Shown: positions 43,117-55,900 of the stretch, piece after piece
Layout of the letters: each line of letters opens with the position of its first letter
How positions within the stretch are numbered: the stretch's first letter is position 1
Position numbers and translations under genes: made by a program
DNA from: the human T2T-CHM13v2.0 reference genome, Homo sapiens
Reading direction: 5' to 3' (one strand)
DNA length: 64,000 nt
Assembly (NCBI RefSeq): GCF_009914755.1
Contig: NC_060932.1
The notes under the pieces: model-generated
Seen by the model: only the letters and a program-made list of their open reading frames with translations
The model's database searches: none
Told to the model about the DNA's origin: nothing

Positions 43117-43599
43117 CTAAACGCACACAGCATCGTGCTCATTTCCCTGGGATCCCATCAGCACAGTCCTCCCGTGGCCTGATGCAGTGATACAGAGGGA
43201 GCCAGTGACATGGGAAGGGCTGTTGGTGCTAAAAGGCCCAAGTGCCCCCCCGGCTGTTCTGGGTGACATTTCTGTCCTGTTCTCTCCCCTGTCCACTCTG
43301 CAGCCCACCCGAACCCGCTGCCCAGTCTCCCTTGGGTGGAAACTGAAGGCTGCCAGAAAGAAGACAAGAAACACAACTACTCAGCTCAGGCATCGAGCGC
43401 TTTAATTATTTGTACGCTACAGAGTCCGGCTCTGGGTGAAGACAGCACCTTATCTCCTGAAGAATAGAGTGCAGTACCCTCAGGACAGTATTCCTCCCTT
43501 TGCTCATGCTAGTTCTAGGAATCCAGGTTGCTAGGGAGAAGGCACCGCCTGATTCATGAGGAATACTTTGCTATTAATGATGGTAGTAATTATATGCAT

Positions 43600-45610
43600 T
43601 TCTTATTCCCATATTTAGAACATATTCGAGCCATCTCTGACTGGTCAGGGATCCCTCTCTATCTGGCTTCGCACCTGCAGCCACTTCCTCCCTCCCTCCC
43701 AGCACCTGGAGGGAGCATTTGCTCCCCTGTTCGAAGGCTCATCCCCTGGCCCACTTTGTGCCCTGGACCCAGCCCCTCCCCTTCCCAAAGGCACCATTCC
43801 ACAGAAGACCCTTCTGTCTTCTTCATGGCAACATCGCCATCACTACTGTCCGATGTTAGATTTTAAACTGCTCGATCCTCTCCCATCTTTTTTTTTTTTT
43901 AAGCATCCTTTGTTCTCTCCTCTTTACACCAAAATTCTGGAAAGAGTCATCTGCATTCATCACTCCCAATCCCCCTGTTCCTGTCTGCTCCCTAGCCAGG
44001 CTCCTCCCTAGCCAGGCTCCTCCCTCCAGCAGGAGGGCCCGGGGAAAGGTCTCCTGCCCCATACGATGGCCGATGGCCGGCACGGGGAGCATGGCTAATC
44101 CAGTGTGTCACCCTCTGAGGCACACAGCAGGTGTCTAAGAAGCTAAGAGCCTCAGCCTCAGCTTACCCTAAGGCATCTGACCCTGTTGAGGGTCCTCTCC
44201 TCTGGGATGAACCCTACCTTGTTTTCCTGCTGTTCCTCCCACCTCTCCCCAGCACCTTCTCAGCTCCCTGCAGGCTCCCTTCCCCACATCCTTAAATACC
44301 ATGGTCTCCGGGGTCTGTTACCGCCCTCCTCTCACTGCGGTCATGCACACCCCCTTGGCCCTGGTTTCTACCTGCAGGCTCATGTCCCTTCCTCAGTCTC
44401 GCTCAGACCCACTTCCTCCCTCGACTCTAGACCTGCACATCTGCAGGGTGTGGTCAATGAGAGCCATGGGCCCCAAAACAGATTCCCCATCCCCCTGCCC
44501 TCCCCTCTCCACTCTAAGACTGGCCTGATTCTTCTGAGGCCTCCATCATCTGCTCAGCTGCCTAAGACAGGAAACTGGGTGCCCTTCTTGACTCCTCCCT
44601 CCCCTCCCCTTCTCCTCTCCCATCAGTCACCAAGACCTGTGGATTCTCTCTTCTAAATAGCTCTCAGAGGGCCGGGGGCAGTGGCTCATACCTGTAAGCC
44701 CAGAACTTTGGGAAACCAAGGTGGGAGTACTGCTTGAGCCCGGGAGTTTGAGATAGGCCTGTGCAACATAACGAGACCCCATCTCTACCAAAAAAATATT
44801 TAAAAATTAGCTGGGTGTGGTAGCTCACGCCTGTAATCCCAACACTTAGGGAGGCCGAGGCGGGCCGATGGCTTGAGCCCAGGAGTTTGGGACCAGCCTG
44901 CGCAACCTAGTGAGACCCCAATAAAAATAATAAATACACAAATAAATAGCTCTTAGACCCATTTTTCCTTCCTTGCCACTGTCCTGGTTCCGCCACAACT
45001 GTTCCTGGCCTGTATCACAGCAGCAGCTTCTGGACAGTCCTCTAATCTACTCTCTCCACTGGAACCACAGAAGCATTTTGCTGAAGCACAGATCTGATCA
45101 TCGCCCTTAAAACCCTTCAGGGATCCCTCCCTGTGCCCCTAATTCTCCTCCCCACTTCCACCACCACCCACGACACACCACCTGCCACCCACCACCACTC
45201 TAAGCCACTTGCAGCTCTGTAAACAGGTTCCATTCTCACAGTGGGCCTTTCCATGCTGTTCCCTCCACCTCCCACACTCTTCCTGCCTCCCTTCACCTAT
45301 GTTCCATTTCGTGACTCTGACTCACCCTTCAGCCCCAGCTTGGAGCCTGTCTCTTCCAGGAAGACGCTTTAGATTTTACAGCAAAGACGTGGATGCCCCC
45401 TCCAAGCTGCTACCATCGCACCCTGTGTCTTCCCTCTCACAGCACTTACGCCATCAAATGACAGAAGCCCCCTTATTTATCCGCACCCCCCCAGACTCGG
45501 CTTCAGGAGGGCAGAGGCTGCATCAGCTTGCCCTCAACTGTTCCTACAACACCTAGAGTGTAGCAGACAGTACGCTCTCAATAAACATGCATTCAATTAA
45601 TAAATGAACA
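43600..45610 (+). mobile_element. L2 relic interrupted by atypical Alu
   Basis: cccatcagtcaccaagacctgtggattc; cagatctgatcat; 3' end ctcaataaacatgcattcaattaataaatgaa. Boundaries approximate. Confidence 0.55.
44670..44942 (+). mobile_element. Atypical Alu dimer of two left-arm-like monomers
   Basis: Both halves end ccagcctg..caac..gagacccc. One TSD taaatagctct(c/t)aga at 44654-44668 and 44943-44957. Confidence 0.85.
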
Positions 45611-46414
45611 TCTGGTTACAGTGGCCCACCTCCTAAACAGATGCAAATCCTCCACACCCAGGTCTGGAGGGGGAGGGGATGTGAAGGTGTGTTATTGGCG
45701 GGGGGACTTATAGGTTCTACTTTGTGACTCGGAGGCTGGTTTGCCAAGGGATGTGGGGCCTGCTGCCTGCACACTGCCCCAAGCCCTGTAGAAGGTGATA
45801 GGTCAGCCATGGGGTCCAGAAGCCACATGAAGGGCTGGTGTCCTGGAAGCAGGGAGGCAGGAGCCAGAAGGACAGAGTAGGGGCAGCCAGCTCTGGGATC
45901 AGCCCTGGGGCAGGGCAGCAGCCATAGCAGGGCAGCAGCCGTGGCAGCGGAAGTGGCTGGTTTCTCAGCCTGCACCCAGCCTGCCCCTTCTCTCTCCTGG
46001 TTCTCACTTCTCCATCTGCCTGGTCACTCTTGCCTCACCTTCTCTTGGAACCACTTCACACCGTCCTTGCTTGAATCACGTGGTCTTGCTCCTACCCAAC
46101 CCCTGCTCACCTCCCCCACCCCACTCACCCCCCTTCCTCCAGCGCCTGTTCTCCTCCTCCCACCACCTCCCTCTCTCCTCCTCCAGCTGTTGCTTCTGCC
46201 TCCTCTTTGTCTCTCCTGGCCTTTTCCAAACAATGCCACCCTCCTAGGTGGGGCGGCGACTTCTCTGGGTTCTAGGTTCCCCTAGCAGGTAGACATAGAG
46301 AGCTGGCCAGTTTGCGCCACCACCTAGTCCTCCCTCCTGAACCCCTGGCCCGCCACACGTCCTCTCTGCCTGCGCCACACCCCCTCCCCTTGGGCAAGCC
46401 CCGCCCAGGCTTAC

Positions 46415-46729
46415 CCTCGGTCAGCCCCAGGTGGATGCTCCAGTAGATCTGCAGACACTGCAGCTCCTTCTTCATGCCCCGCTTGCAGCGGCAGTCGTAC
46501 AGCGGGCTCTCCTGCAAGACCTCCAAGGCCGCCTGGCACTCCTTGTTGGCCAGCATGGTGTTGCGGTCGCGGCCTGCCAGGCACTGCCGCAGAGTGCGGT
46601 AGCGAGAGCTGCAGTTGGATTCGGCGGCACACAGCTCATTGGCCCGGACACAGTCCACTGGGGGGCGCCAGCCGTGGAGCTCGGGGCCCTGCAGGGAGGA
46701 AGGGCTGGCCAAAGAGCGGAGGGTCTCGT
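46415..46729 (-). CDS. GFRA2: GFRA2 coding exon 2 (Cys-rich GFRalpha domain 1), 315 nt, phase 1-1
   Basis: Acceptor CCACCCAG|AC, donor GAG G|GTAAG. Translates (D)ETLRSLASPSSLQGPELHGWRPPVDCVRANELCAAESNCSSRYRTLRQCLAG...DCRCKRGMKKELQCLQIYWSIHLGLTE, a GDNF/GAS1-type domain, in frame with exon 1. Confidence 0.97.
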
Positions 46730-49700
46730 CTGGGTGGTGGGGAGGGAAGACAAGCATGAATGACGGCCGCCACAATCTCCCACCCAAGATGCAGGCCTGG
46801 GGGCTTGGGCCCTGCTGGGAACGTCACACCCATTTCGCCAAAGCACACCAAGGCGACTCTGTGGGACAGCCCTCCTCATACCCCAGGGAGAACTCAGGCA
46901 TCATCCTCCCCTGGATGTAGGAGCAAGTTTTCTCCCTTTGCACTCCATTCCTCCTCAGCAGCGGCCCTGGGCCTAGGAGCACAGCACAATAAAGCCAGGA
47001 AGGTCCCGGCTCAAGACCTCAGTCTAAGACGTCAGGAGCCCAGAGGAGAATGTCACAGCCTCAGCAGAGAGCTGGGGGCTGCATGGCTTGCTGGGGGGTG
47101 CAGGGAGTGGGGAACATCTCACTTTCATACCACCCAGGCCTCCTATAAACCCCAGCTCCAGCCAGAGGCCCATCCATGGCGCTGCACTAAACCTTGGATG
47201 CAGTGCGAAGTCATTTCGTTGTCATTGCCTGTTAGGACCTTATAGACACCATAGAGCCCAACCCCACATTTTACCCTAGGGAAACTGAGGCCCAAAGAAG
47301 GGTGATGACAACTCAAGGTCACACATAGCGGTGGAAACACCCCCTCCGATTCCCAGTGTACTCACTCTGACTCTCATTCTGACTTTACGACAAGACAGGG
47401 AGAGATGAGCCTAACTCTACCGTCCAGGCGAGCCCAGGAAGGAGGAGCTACCCCTTTCCCCCCTCACCCCTCCACACCTTCTAGTCCAACTTCACACCAG
47501 ACGGAGACCTGAACTCTCCTCTTCCGAGAGACAAGTTCCGCCCCGGCCCCCTCCAATAGAAAATGCTTTTGGCAAGCCTGGGGAGCATCCATGCCCCCCG
47601 CGCCCCCTGCTCTCTCCTCCCCACTCTAGCTCTGCTTGCACCTGGCTATATCTTACGCTTCTCTTGCTGATGGCCTCCCAAGAGGTGTGTTTCTTCATCA
47701 CCTTTTACCTCTTGTCTTTCAATGGCCTTGTTTTTTTCTCTCTCAGCTCCTCTCTTTCTTTCCTCTCCACCCTCCTCTGAAACTCCCTTCCCCTCTATCT
47801 CTTATTTTGTTCTTCCTTCCAAAAGCCAAATAATTGCAAAAGGGAAAAGCTCCCCTCCTCGGACCCCAGCCTTGCAAATGGAACCTTGCTCCTCCACCAA
47901 TGTGCAATCCCCCATCAGGCCACCTTCCCATCCTGGCCCCCATGTCCACACCCACAGTGCCTCAGGAGGGAGGGGACAGGGAAAAAGAGAGGTAGGTGAA
48001 CGGCAGGGACAGGCTCGCCTGATCCTTTCAAAGCCAAGCTCCTAAAATGGTTTCCTCCAGACACAGACATCGTCTTCCCAGTCCCCCTGTCCTCTGATAA
48101 GCCCCTAACTCGAGATCCTGCCACCAGGAAAAGCCCGCACCATGGCCCAGAGCCATGACTGCCCTTTCCTGGACCGAAAGAGTAATTTGGGAGGCTTCCT
48201 CGACTCCATCTCGCCTCAGAACATAATAAAATCCTAGGCCAGAAGTCCCCTCCTCAATACCGCAGAATTCCCCATCCCTACCCAGAACAGCCACTCTCAG
48301 GCCATCCCCCGGGAGGCCCTGCTCAGGGGAGCGCTACCGCAGGGAGACAGCGACACCTAAAGGCAGCGCGCTGCACAGCGGGCCTTCGCTCCCGAGAGCC
48401 CCCAGAGAACAGGAATCCATCCACTCCCGGTGGGACCAGCCAGGAGACCCATCCCTAGGGGACAACAGAGAAGAACAGCAGGGATGGGCCTGGGGTACAG
48501 AAGGCTTCTTCGGGGCCCAGAGCAAAAGACGTGCCCTTCTCCCACTGACCAGACCTCTGCCACAGAACAGGAAGGCTGATGGATGTGGCCAGGCTGAGAC
48601 AAGACCAGAGAAGAAATCAGACCGGAGTTTGAGGCCCGGCACTGGCTGGAGAGCTGTCCTCCACACAAGCTGAGGCAGCGTCTTTCTTCCCCGGCTTCAG
48701 CAGATTCCTACCTCCCTGAGCAGGACCCGCGTACAGCCGGGCCCCCCAAGAGCAGCTGAGTTGACACGGCCCCGCCTGTACCTGCGGCCCCCAGCCAGCC
48801 CGTGGGAGCCTCTGGAAGAATATAACCCTGGGCCCTCCACTGACTTAACCACCCCGCCTCCCCATAGGCTAATGCCCTCCCACCTTGACTGAACTGAAGG
48901 CTGCACTGTCATGGGGGCCTGGAAATGGAACTTCCTGGCTTCCTTAGCCTTCTGTAGGCACAGAATTCACCGCGTGCTTAAAGGTCAGAAGATTAGCCCA
49001 GGGGATTCAGGGCATAAGGACGCTTTTTTTGCTTGTCCTACAGTTGGGCCTAGAGCCCCACAGGATGATCCTTACACAATCTTAGGGAGGCTCCCGTGCC
49101 AGAACTGAGGGCTTCCCCCATCCTGCCACCTGGCACGTGTGGCCAGGCAACAGACACACTCTGCGAAGGGCCGGGGCATCCATTCACCAAACCATCCTTG
49201 ACTCTTCTAGTTCATTCCATGACCCCCAGAACCAATCAAGCCCAGCCAGAGAAAGGAATCCCTGCAGCCTGCAGCCTTTAGCTAAGAATCCTAAGAGAGT
49301 GAAGGGCAGGGGGTGTCCTGGTGATGTTTCCAAATCCTAAATTAGGAGAAAACTTTGATCCATCAAGACACAGGGAGTAGCTGCTAGAGACACAGGGGTA
49401 GAGGGGGGTGGAGAAGCGACACAGGGCTACAATTGCCCTACTGCATCCAACATCCCACCAGAGCTAGAATGTGTGCTAGAAAGTCAGTCGGAAGTGGCCC
49501 CCTCTGGCCAGCCCAACACCCCCACCCGAGTCACTTTCCCCTTCTCCTTCTCTCCCTGGGTCAGCACTGGAGGTCAAGATACTGGGCAAGAAAGGCCTCT
49601 CTCTCCACCATGGGTTATCCAGCCCAGACCTCACTCAGAATCTCAGTAGGGGCACACCAAAGGCCTTTGCCCCCAGCTGAAATTGCCCACCAAGTCTCAA

Positions 49701-51949
49701 GCCCCAGAAAAACCTCCCCCGACCCTCCACCCACCCACCCAGTGGGATTTTCAACCAGCTTCCTGCCAGGAAAAGGGCCCCAGGGCTGAAGTTTCCTAAA
49801 CACCAACCCATCCCTTCCTTTCCACTGGCCTAACCCAAAGCCTTTCAGTATCTGTGGTCACTCCACTCAGCCCAGCTTTAGAAGGGGACTTCTCGAGGGA
49901 AGGAAACTGAAGGGCTGTGGAGCAAGGGGATGCTGAGCCTGCTGCTCTTCTGCTCTCACCCCCGCCTCTCAACACTCAGCCTCCAGGGTTGCAGACATTG
50001 GGTTGGGCCTCTCTGGTCATCTCCCATGCACACACATACACACCCACCACGAGCAGGAACCCCAGCCACTTCTGAAAAGGAGAAAGGTGGACTCCTTAGC
50101 CTGCCCGGCTGGAGAAAGCCTGCCTGCAATGACCAGGGGCCCACACTGCTCTTCTCCAGCCCCCGACCACAGATGGTGCCCACACCTGGGAGCCCTGCCC
50201 ATGCTGGGGTATGCAGCTCAGCAGTAGGCAATCTGGCTGTTTTGCCTGAAATACAATTTTTTTTTCACCTTGGCCCTGATCATGCTTGGACCCAGAAGGC
50301 TGGGTTTTCAAGCTAGCAGTGGGAGAAAAAGGTCAGATTTTATAGTAGCCCCTTCAGAATGAGAGTCCACTTGCCAGGGTTGACAGGAAGGGCTTCGGGA
50401 TCACAGCGGGCCCAGAGCAACTTCCAGCTTCCTAGAGGAGCCCCTCCCACCCCAGAGAGAAGCTGCCTCTGGCTGAGGGAGGTAGGACCTCTGAGGCCAC
50501 ACCCTAGAGCAGGGACTTGCCCCCTTGGGGACTCGCACCTGGCGGGAAGCAGAGGGGACAGGCAGAGAGTCCAGAGCCTGTGTGGACACCCAATGACTCC
50601 GGTCCCCTATCCTAGTCTGGCGAGCACTTCTTAGACCACGCACATCCTCCTGTAACCAGCTCCTACCTCCCCACTCGTGGCCTTCCCAGATCCCCTACTG
50701 CAGGAGGGAGAGGGTGAGATCATGACCCCGCTGGGCAGCCTGGCTCAACACTGGCTACACAGCAAGCCAAGGTGGTAGAACTACACCCTCACTGAAGCAG
50801 ACGTGTGCTCCTTACAAACACACTCACACACACACACACATACACAGTAGTTACCCGGCTCCCTCTATGGGAGCGTCTACTCCCTGGCAGCAGCCCTGCC
50901 TGGGACTCCCGGTGGTGCACAGCCTTGCAAACAACCGCCTTTCCTCACCTCCCTCCGGAGATTGCCATTTCCCAAGCAGCTGCGATTTCACCTAGCTTTA
51001 AAGGGAGAGAGGAGCTGGGAATTCTGTGTGGAAAAGAAACTGCGTGGGGCTCAGTGGCGCCAGGCAGCCTCTCCTCCCTGTCTTGGAGGCGGCGGGGGGG
51101 GCAGTGGGGGGGGTTTGCAGAAGGAGCAGTGGTCTTTGTTCAGACCCGTTTTTCCTCCCTCGCCTCCCACCCTCTTCAACGGAGAAAGCAAACTTTGGCC
51201 TCCCTCCCGCCTCTTCCCACCAGCCACGGGGGTCCGCGGCCCCCAGAGGTGGAGGAGGGAAGGCCGGGAACGGCTGCTCACAACCCTCCGCTCCCGCCCA
51301 CCCATCTGGCTCGGGGCTCGGTGGGGAGAAACTTGAAAAGTGTTCCGGGGAGTGGAGCCGCCGGTTAGGGGCTCAGGGCGTGGGGACGCGGGCTCCGTTT
51401 GCCAGGCGCGGCTGGCAGGTGGGGAGTGACTGCCAGCGCTCCCCGCGCGATGTCCAAGCGGGAGCCGCCGGAGAAACCCGCGCCCTCCACCACGACCGAC
51501 TCGGGGAGCAGACCAGGAAAGGCGGACCCCGCAGGACTGTTCTCTCCCCGCCTAGGAGCCTCTCTCTCCCTCCCTTCTTGCAGATCAAGAGTTGGATATT
51601 TTTTTTTCTTAAGTTGCCGCAATTCGAACCCATTATTTCGGGGGAGATGCGCGCTATACTGGCGTGTGAGCGAGCGCGGGTGTGTGTGTGCGTGCACAGT
51701 GTCTGCGGGGCTGGTTCGGATGTTGAGTCTCCCTCCCGATCCCCCTGCGTCGCCAGCCAGCCGCGGCTCCGGTCCCTCGTCCGCGTCCCTGCCGCCCGGC
51801 CCCGCTCGGTTCGCCAGCACCGGGCCCGGCTAGCTCCGCGGCGCGCTCTCCCCGCCGACCTCCCGCCAGCCCCCCACCGGCGCTCCGCTCGCCCCCCGCC
51901 TCCCCGGCTTCTCGCCTCCCCCTCGAGCTCGCCGCCCGCAGGTACTCAC

Positions 51950-51989
51950 CTAGAAAGAAGAAGAGGCAGAAGACGTTTGCCAAGATCAT
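51950..51989 (-). CDS. GFRA2: GFRA2 coding exon 1 (start codon, signal peptide MILANVFCLFFFL + 1 nt)
   Basis: Minus strand reads AAC-ATG ATC TTG GCA AAC GTC TTC TGC CTC TTC TTC TTT CTA G|GTGAGT. A at -3, consensus donor, 40 coding nt, inside a CpG island; matches the GFRA2 N-terminus as I know it. Confidence 0.96.
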
Positions 51990-52617
51990 GTTAAATAAAT
52001 CCCACCGTTTTTTTGTCTTTCTCCCTTGGGTAAAAAAAAATAATAGTAGTAACAACAACAATAATAATAGGCAAGCAGTGGTAATCAGCCCCAAATCCAA
52101 TGCGGAGATCCCAGCTAGTCCACCCGATGAAGATCCCGAGTCCTGCGATTCTCGCCTCTGGCTGGAGGGGGTGGGGTGAGAGGCGGGCGATGGGCTGCTG
52201 CCTCTCGACGCCCCCCTTGCCCGCTACAATCAAATATACGCGTATCTGTGTATCGGCTTTCTAAGCCAACAGCCCAGTCCTGGGGTCAGCCCTCCCCTCC
52301 AATCGTCCGGGAAGGCGTGAGTCCCCGCGGGTCCAATTCCCCTGCGCTTCCCAGGAGGGGCCTGGGGAGGTGGGGAGAGAGGCGATTTGCGAGTGAAGGG
52401 CTGGAAGGAAGCGGCGAGGGAGGGGGTCGGAATAAAATGCAAATAGAAAAGAAATCCACAGACGGGTGTCAGCGCCCAAGAACAATCCAGTCGGAGCTTC
52501 GAGGACGAGAGACTGGAGTCGCTTCTTTCGCACCAAGACGAAGACAAGATTCAAAAAAATCTTCTCCCGCTAACCCTTGCTCGGCTCACTTTTTTCTAAT
52601 GGAATTCCAGTGACCGT

Positions 52618-52780
52618 GTGTCTCTGCGTGCGTGTGTCTTTCTCTCTCCTCTCTCTCTCTCTCCTCTCCCTCGCTCGCTCTTTGCTCTCGCTCTCTCCAG
52701 CTCTCCCTCGCTCTCCTCTCTCCCTCCCCCTTCTCCCACTCTCCCTGCTCCTCCCTCCGCCCGCCCCCTTCTCCCTTCGC
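52618..52780 (-). repeat. GA-rich (sense) polypurine tract in the promoter/leader
   Basis: Plus strand is nearly all C/T. Confidence 0.85.
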
Positions 52781-52901
52781 GGCTCCCTCGCCCGGGCTCT
52801 CGCGCCAGCGCCCCTCTCCTCCGCCCCGGGCTCGGCGCTCGGGCTCCCAGGCGGCTGGCGGCGCGGGGCGCGGGAGCGCGGCGGAGCTACGATGCTCTGC
52901 A

Positions 52902-52957
52902 GCGGCGGCGGCGACAAGGCGAAGGCGGTGGCGGTGGCGGTGGCGGCGGCGGCGGCG
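52902..52957 (+). repeat. Interrupted GGC/GGTGGC repeat (CCG on the gene strand)
   Basis: gcggcggcggcg..aaggcggtggcggtggcggtggcggcggcggcggcg. Confidence 0.85.
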
Positions 52958-55900
52958 CCGGGGATCGCGGGCCGAGAGGAGAGCCCAGCCGCCGGCTCCC
53001 TCGGCTCAATCGCCCGCCCTTCCTGGGACTGACCTGCTGCCTTGGCCGGAAACTGACTGGCTCCCCCGGCTACGGCTCGGGCTCGAACCCACTCAAGCGT
53101 CGGCACCCTCCTCCTCCTCCCCCCGCAGCTCTCCCCACCCTGGGGACCGGCTGCGCCCTCCAACCCCCACTGCCCCTGCCCCCGCCCCCTGCGCCGCTGG
53201 GTCTGGGAAGCCTGGGGAGCTGAGCTGAGGCTGGAGGGCGCGGAGTCCGTGGGGCCCGAGCCATCCGGGGGCTCGGGGGGCAGGGCGTTAGAAAAACCCC
53301 AGCCGGTGGCCCGGGTCTGAGGGGGGCTCCACCCTCCGTGGGCTAAGGCGTCCCTGCGCCCAGGAGCCGAGGCCGACAAAGCGTCTCCCCGATGGTGCCA
53401 GGGAAAGGAATTATCCCCTTCGGCGCCGGCCCCGCGCGCCCCCGAACCCAACGCATCCTGCCGGCCCCGGCCTAGCCCCGCGCGCACATACACGTGTGCT
53501 CTCCGCGCGGACCTCGGGAACTTTGCCCTCACGCCCGCGGCGCGCTTGCCTCCCGCCCGCCCCGGCCTCCACCCCTTCGAGATGCCCCTTCCCCAGCCGG
53601 TCTCCCCTCCCCCGGCTCGGGAAGAAGCCTGCTGGGCCAGGGCGCCCTGACCACCTCCTCGGAGGCCGGCAAACCTGCCTGAACCGCCCCAGAGGAATCG
53701 GGCAGGGGCTCGCACCCCACCCCGGCAGGAGGGCCCCGAGACCGACCCGGGCCGGGGCTCCGCAGCCGGCTGGGCTCCGAGGAGCTCGTCCCGAGGCAGC
53801 TCCCGGCTCCCTAGGCTCCGGGGTTGGGGGGTTCCTCCTCCCCTAGCCGGGAAGGGGGCGATTGATCCATCTGTCGGTGGGCCGGGCTCACCGGCGTGTT
53901 TTAGTCGCAGAATTTACAATAAACGCCCAGAAGGACCTAAAAGGAAGCGTCTGGCTGGGAAAGGGCTGGAGGAGAGGTGCGGCTGCGGTCACGTTCCGGC
54001 GAGAGCGGGAGAGGCGCGGGGTCGCGGTCGCGCGAGGGCTCACACCCACGCAGCCCGGCATCCCCCGGCCCTCGCGCCACGTTCCTCGCACTCAGCTCGG
54101 CGCGCACACACGGTGTCCTGGGGTGGGGTACACGCAGCGCCTCAGAAACTTTTCGTGCTGCCCAAAACAATCTGGGCTGCACGTAACATGAATTTGATAG
54201 TACCGTTTAAGATGCATTCTTAAATAACAAGACTCTGGAATCCAGTAAATGCTAGAAATCGACTTGGACGAGAAGGGAGGGGTCACTAACAAAACCAGCA
54301 GCCTTAGCTATTGGGAAAGCTAGAGGGAGCAACTTCCATCTTGAGGATTTAGGCGGGAAGGCGGCTGCTCCCGGCCTTGGAAGCACAGAGAGCGAGTCTC
54401 CTGTGAACGCCTCTTTCCTGTGGTCCGTCCTGGGGCATCGACCTTCCTCCCTCCATCTTCTCCCCCAGCCATCCAGTTGTGCCTGCTTCGAGCCTAGGCC
54501 CTAGCTGGGTAGTGACGAGTCTGGGACAGAGGGCTTAGGGATTGGAGTTGGGGAAAGCCCCCTTCAGGCCTGCCCTCCCTGTCATTCCTCCAAGCCTCTC
54601 ATGTTCTAGGAAGTGACTTCGCATCTGACAAGGTCTCTTGGCTTTTTTTCCAAAAATTGGGGAGCATAAGGAACCGGCTTTGGATAAGTGTAGGTTAAAA
54701 GATAAAACTTGACAGGAATTACACTGCCAGGCAGGCTTGGCCTGGAGGCCCGAGGCTGGGAGCCTGGCCTAAATGAATGTCCCCCCTCTCATCTCCTCGA
54801 CTTCCAGGGTCTTCTGGTTGTCCAAATACTCCCCACCACCACCCATTTCGGAATCTCACGCAGGCCTTCCCCCTTCCAAGGACCCTGCTCCAAACTCCAG
54901 AATTTCTGCTCAGCATATCCCTCTCCCCTTCCCCACAAAAAAGAATTTCACTTTCTTTTAACTTCATTTGAGCATAATGAGAGAAATTCTCTGAATCATA
55001 TATGTAGTTCTCCCCTCCCACCTATCCAGAAAATGGGGCTGAGAAAGCAGCAATGAAGCCCTGGGGATGGTTCTCACTGAGCTCCCACGGGAGTAGGAAA
55101 GAGGATTCCGGTAGCAGGAGGTAAGTGGCCCTTCTGCGACCCAAGACCACCCAGCCATCCCAAGAACAGTAGAGAACACCAATCAGTCACCACCAGCATT
55201 CAGCTTGTGTGACTGCAGGGCACTCTGACCTTGGACCCTCTCTTACCTACTGCCTATACAGACGTATCCCATGACACCCCACTCTCTGCCCACCCCAACA
55301 CTCAACCCAAACTGCTCTTAAAAATGGCATCATCCCTTATTTCCTGAGCATCTGCCATGAGGAAGACCCCCTGCCTTGTGCCGGGATCTACAGAGGAAAC
55401 ACAGTTGAACATGTACTATAACACCTTATAGATAAGAGGACTTCTGAACCTCAGTCATCTCATCTATAAAATGGGGATTAAAAAAGATAAACCAACGTTG
55501 TAGAAATTACATAAGATACTACACAAAGCGGCTAGTACAATGCCTGGCCCATATAAAGTTGTTTACTGCTTTGCTCTGGGTTCTAGAAGAAGAATTAGGG
55601 ACCTATGACAAGGCAATAAAACCTAAGGGGCAAATGAGAAGCAGAAACAAAAAGCTACAGGGGTTCAAGGGCAACAGAGACTATTAAGCAGCTGTCGTAA
55701 GAGGTAGTCATAGGAAAATGTGAAGTCTCTAGCAGGTAGGAGGCAAGCCCTAGGCTCACCAACAGACTTCCACACATTCCGTAGTGCCTGAGTCCTTTTA
55801 CAGCCTTCCTGGCTCATTCCAGTGCTCCTGAGTTCACCAGCAGCTGAGCCTCCTGCCCACAGCCCCTCCCCATCACAGATCCTAGAGTCCAAATCTGCAT

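Larger units (their letters stand above)
51200..54170 (-). promoter_or_regulatory. GFRA2: CpG island / GFRA2 promoter, long 5' leader and start of intron 1
   Basis: Very high GC and CpG density with multiple GC boxes around coding exon 1. The exact TSS cannot be determined from sequence. Confidence 0.88.

Noticed and set aside
46655-46668. CTCF-like motifs (ccactggggggcgc in exon 2; ccgccagatggtgc near 41132)
   Set aside because: Each mismatches an informative position and cannot be supported without ChIP data.
50805-54191. Long overlapping ORFs on both strands (e.g. 381 aa, 322 aa)
   Set aside because: GC-rich CpG-island artefacts, mostly non-ATG starts, no recognisable domains.
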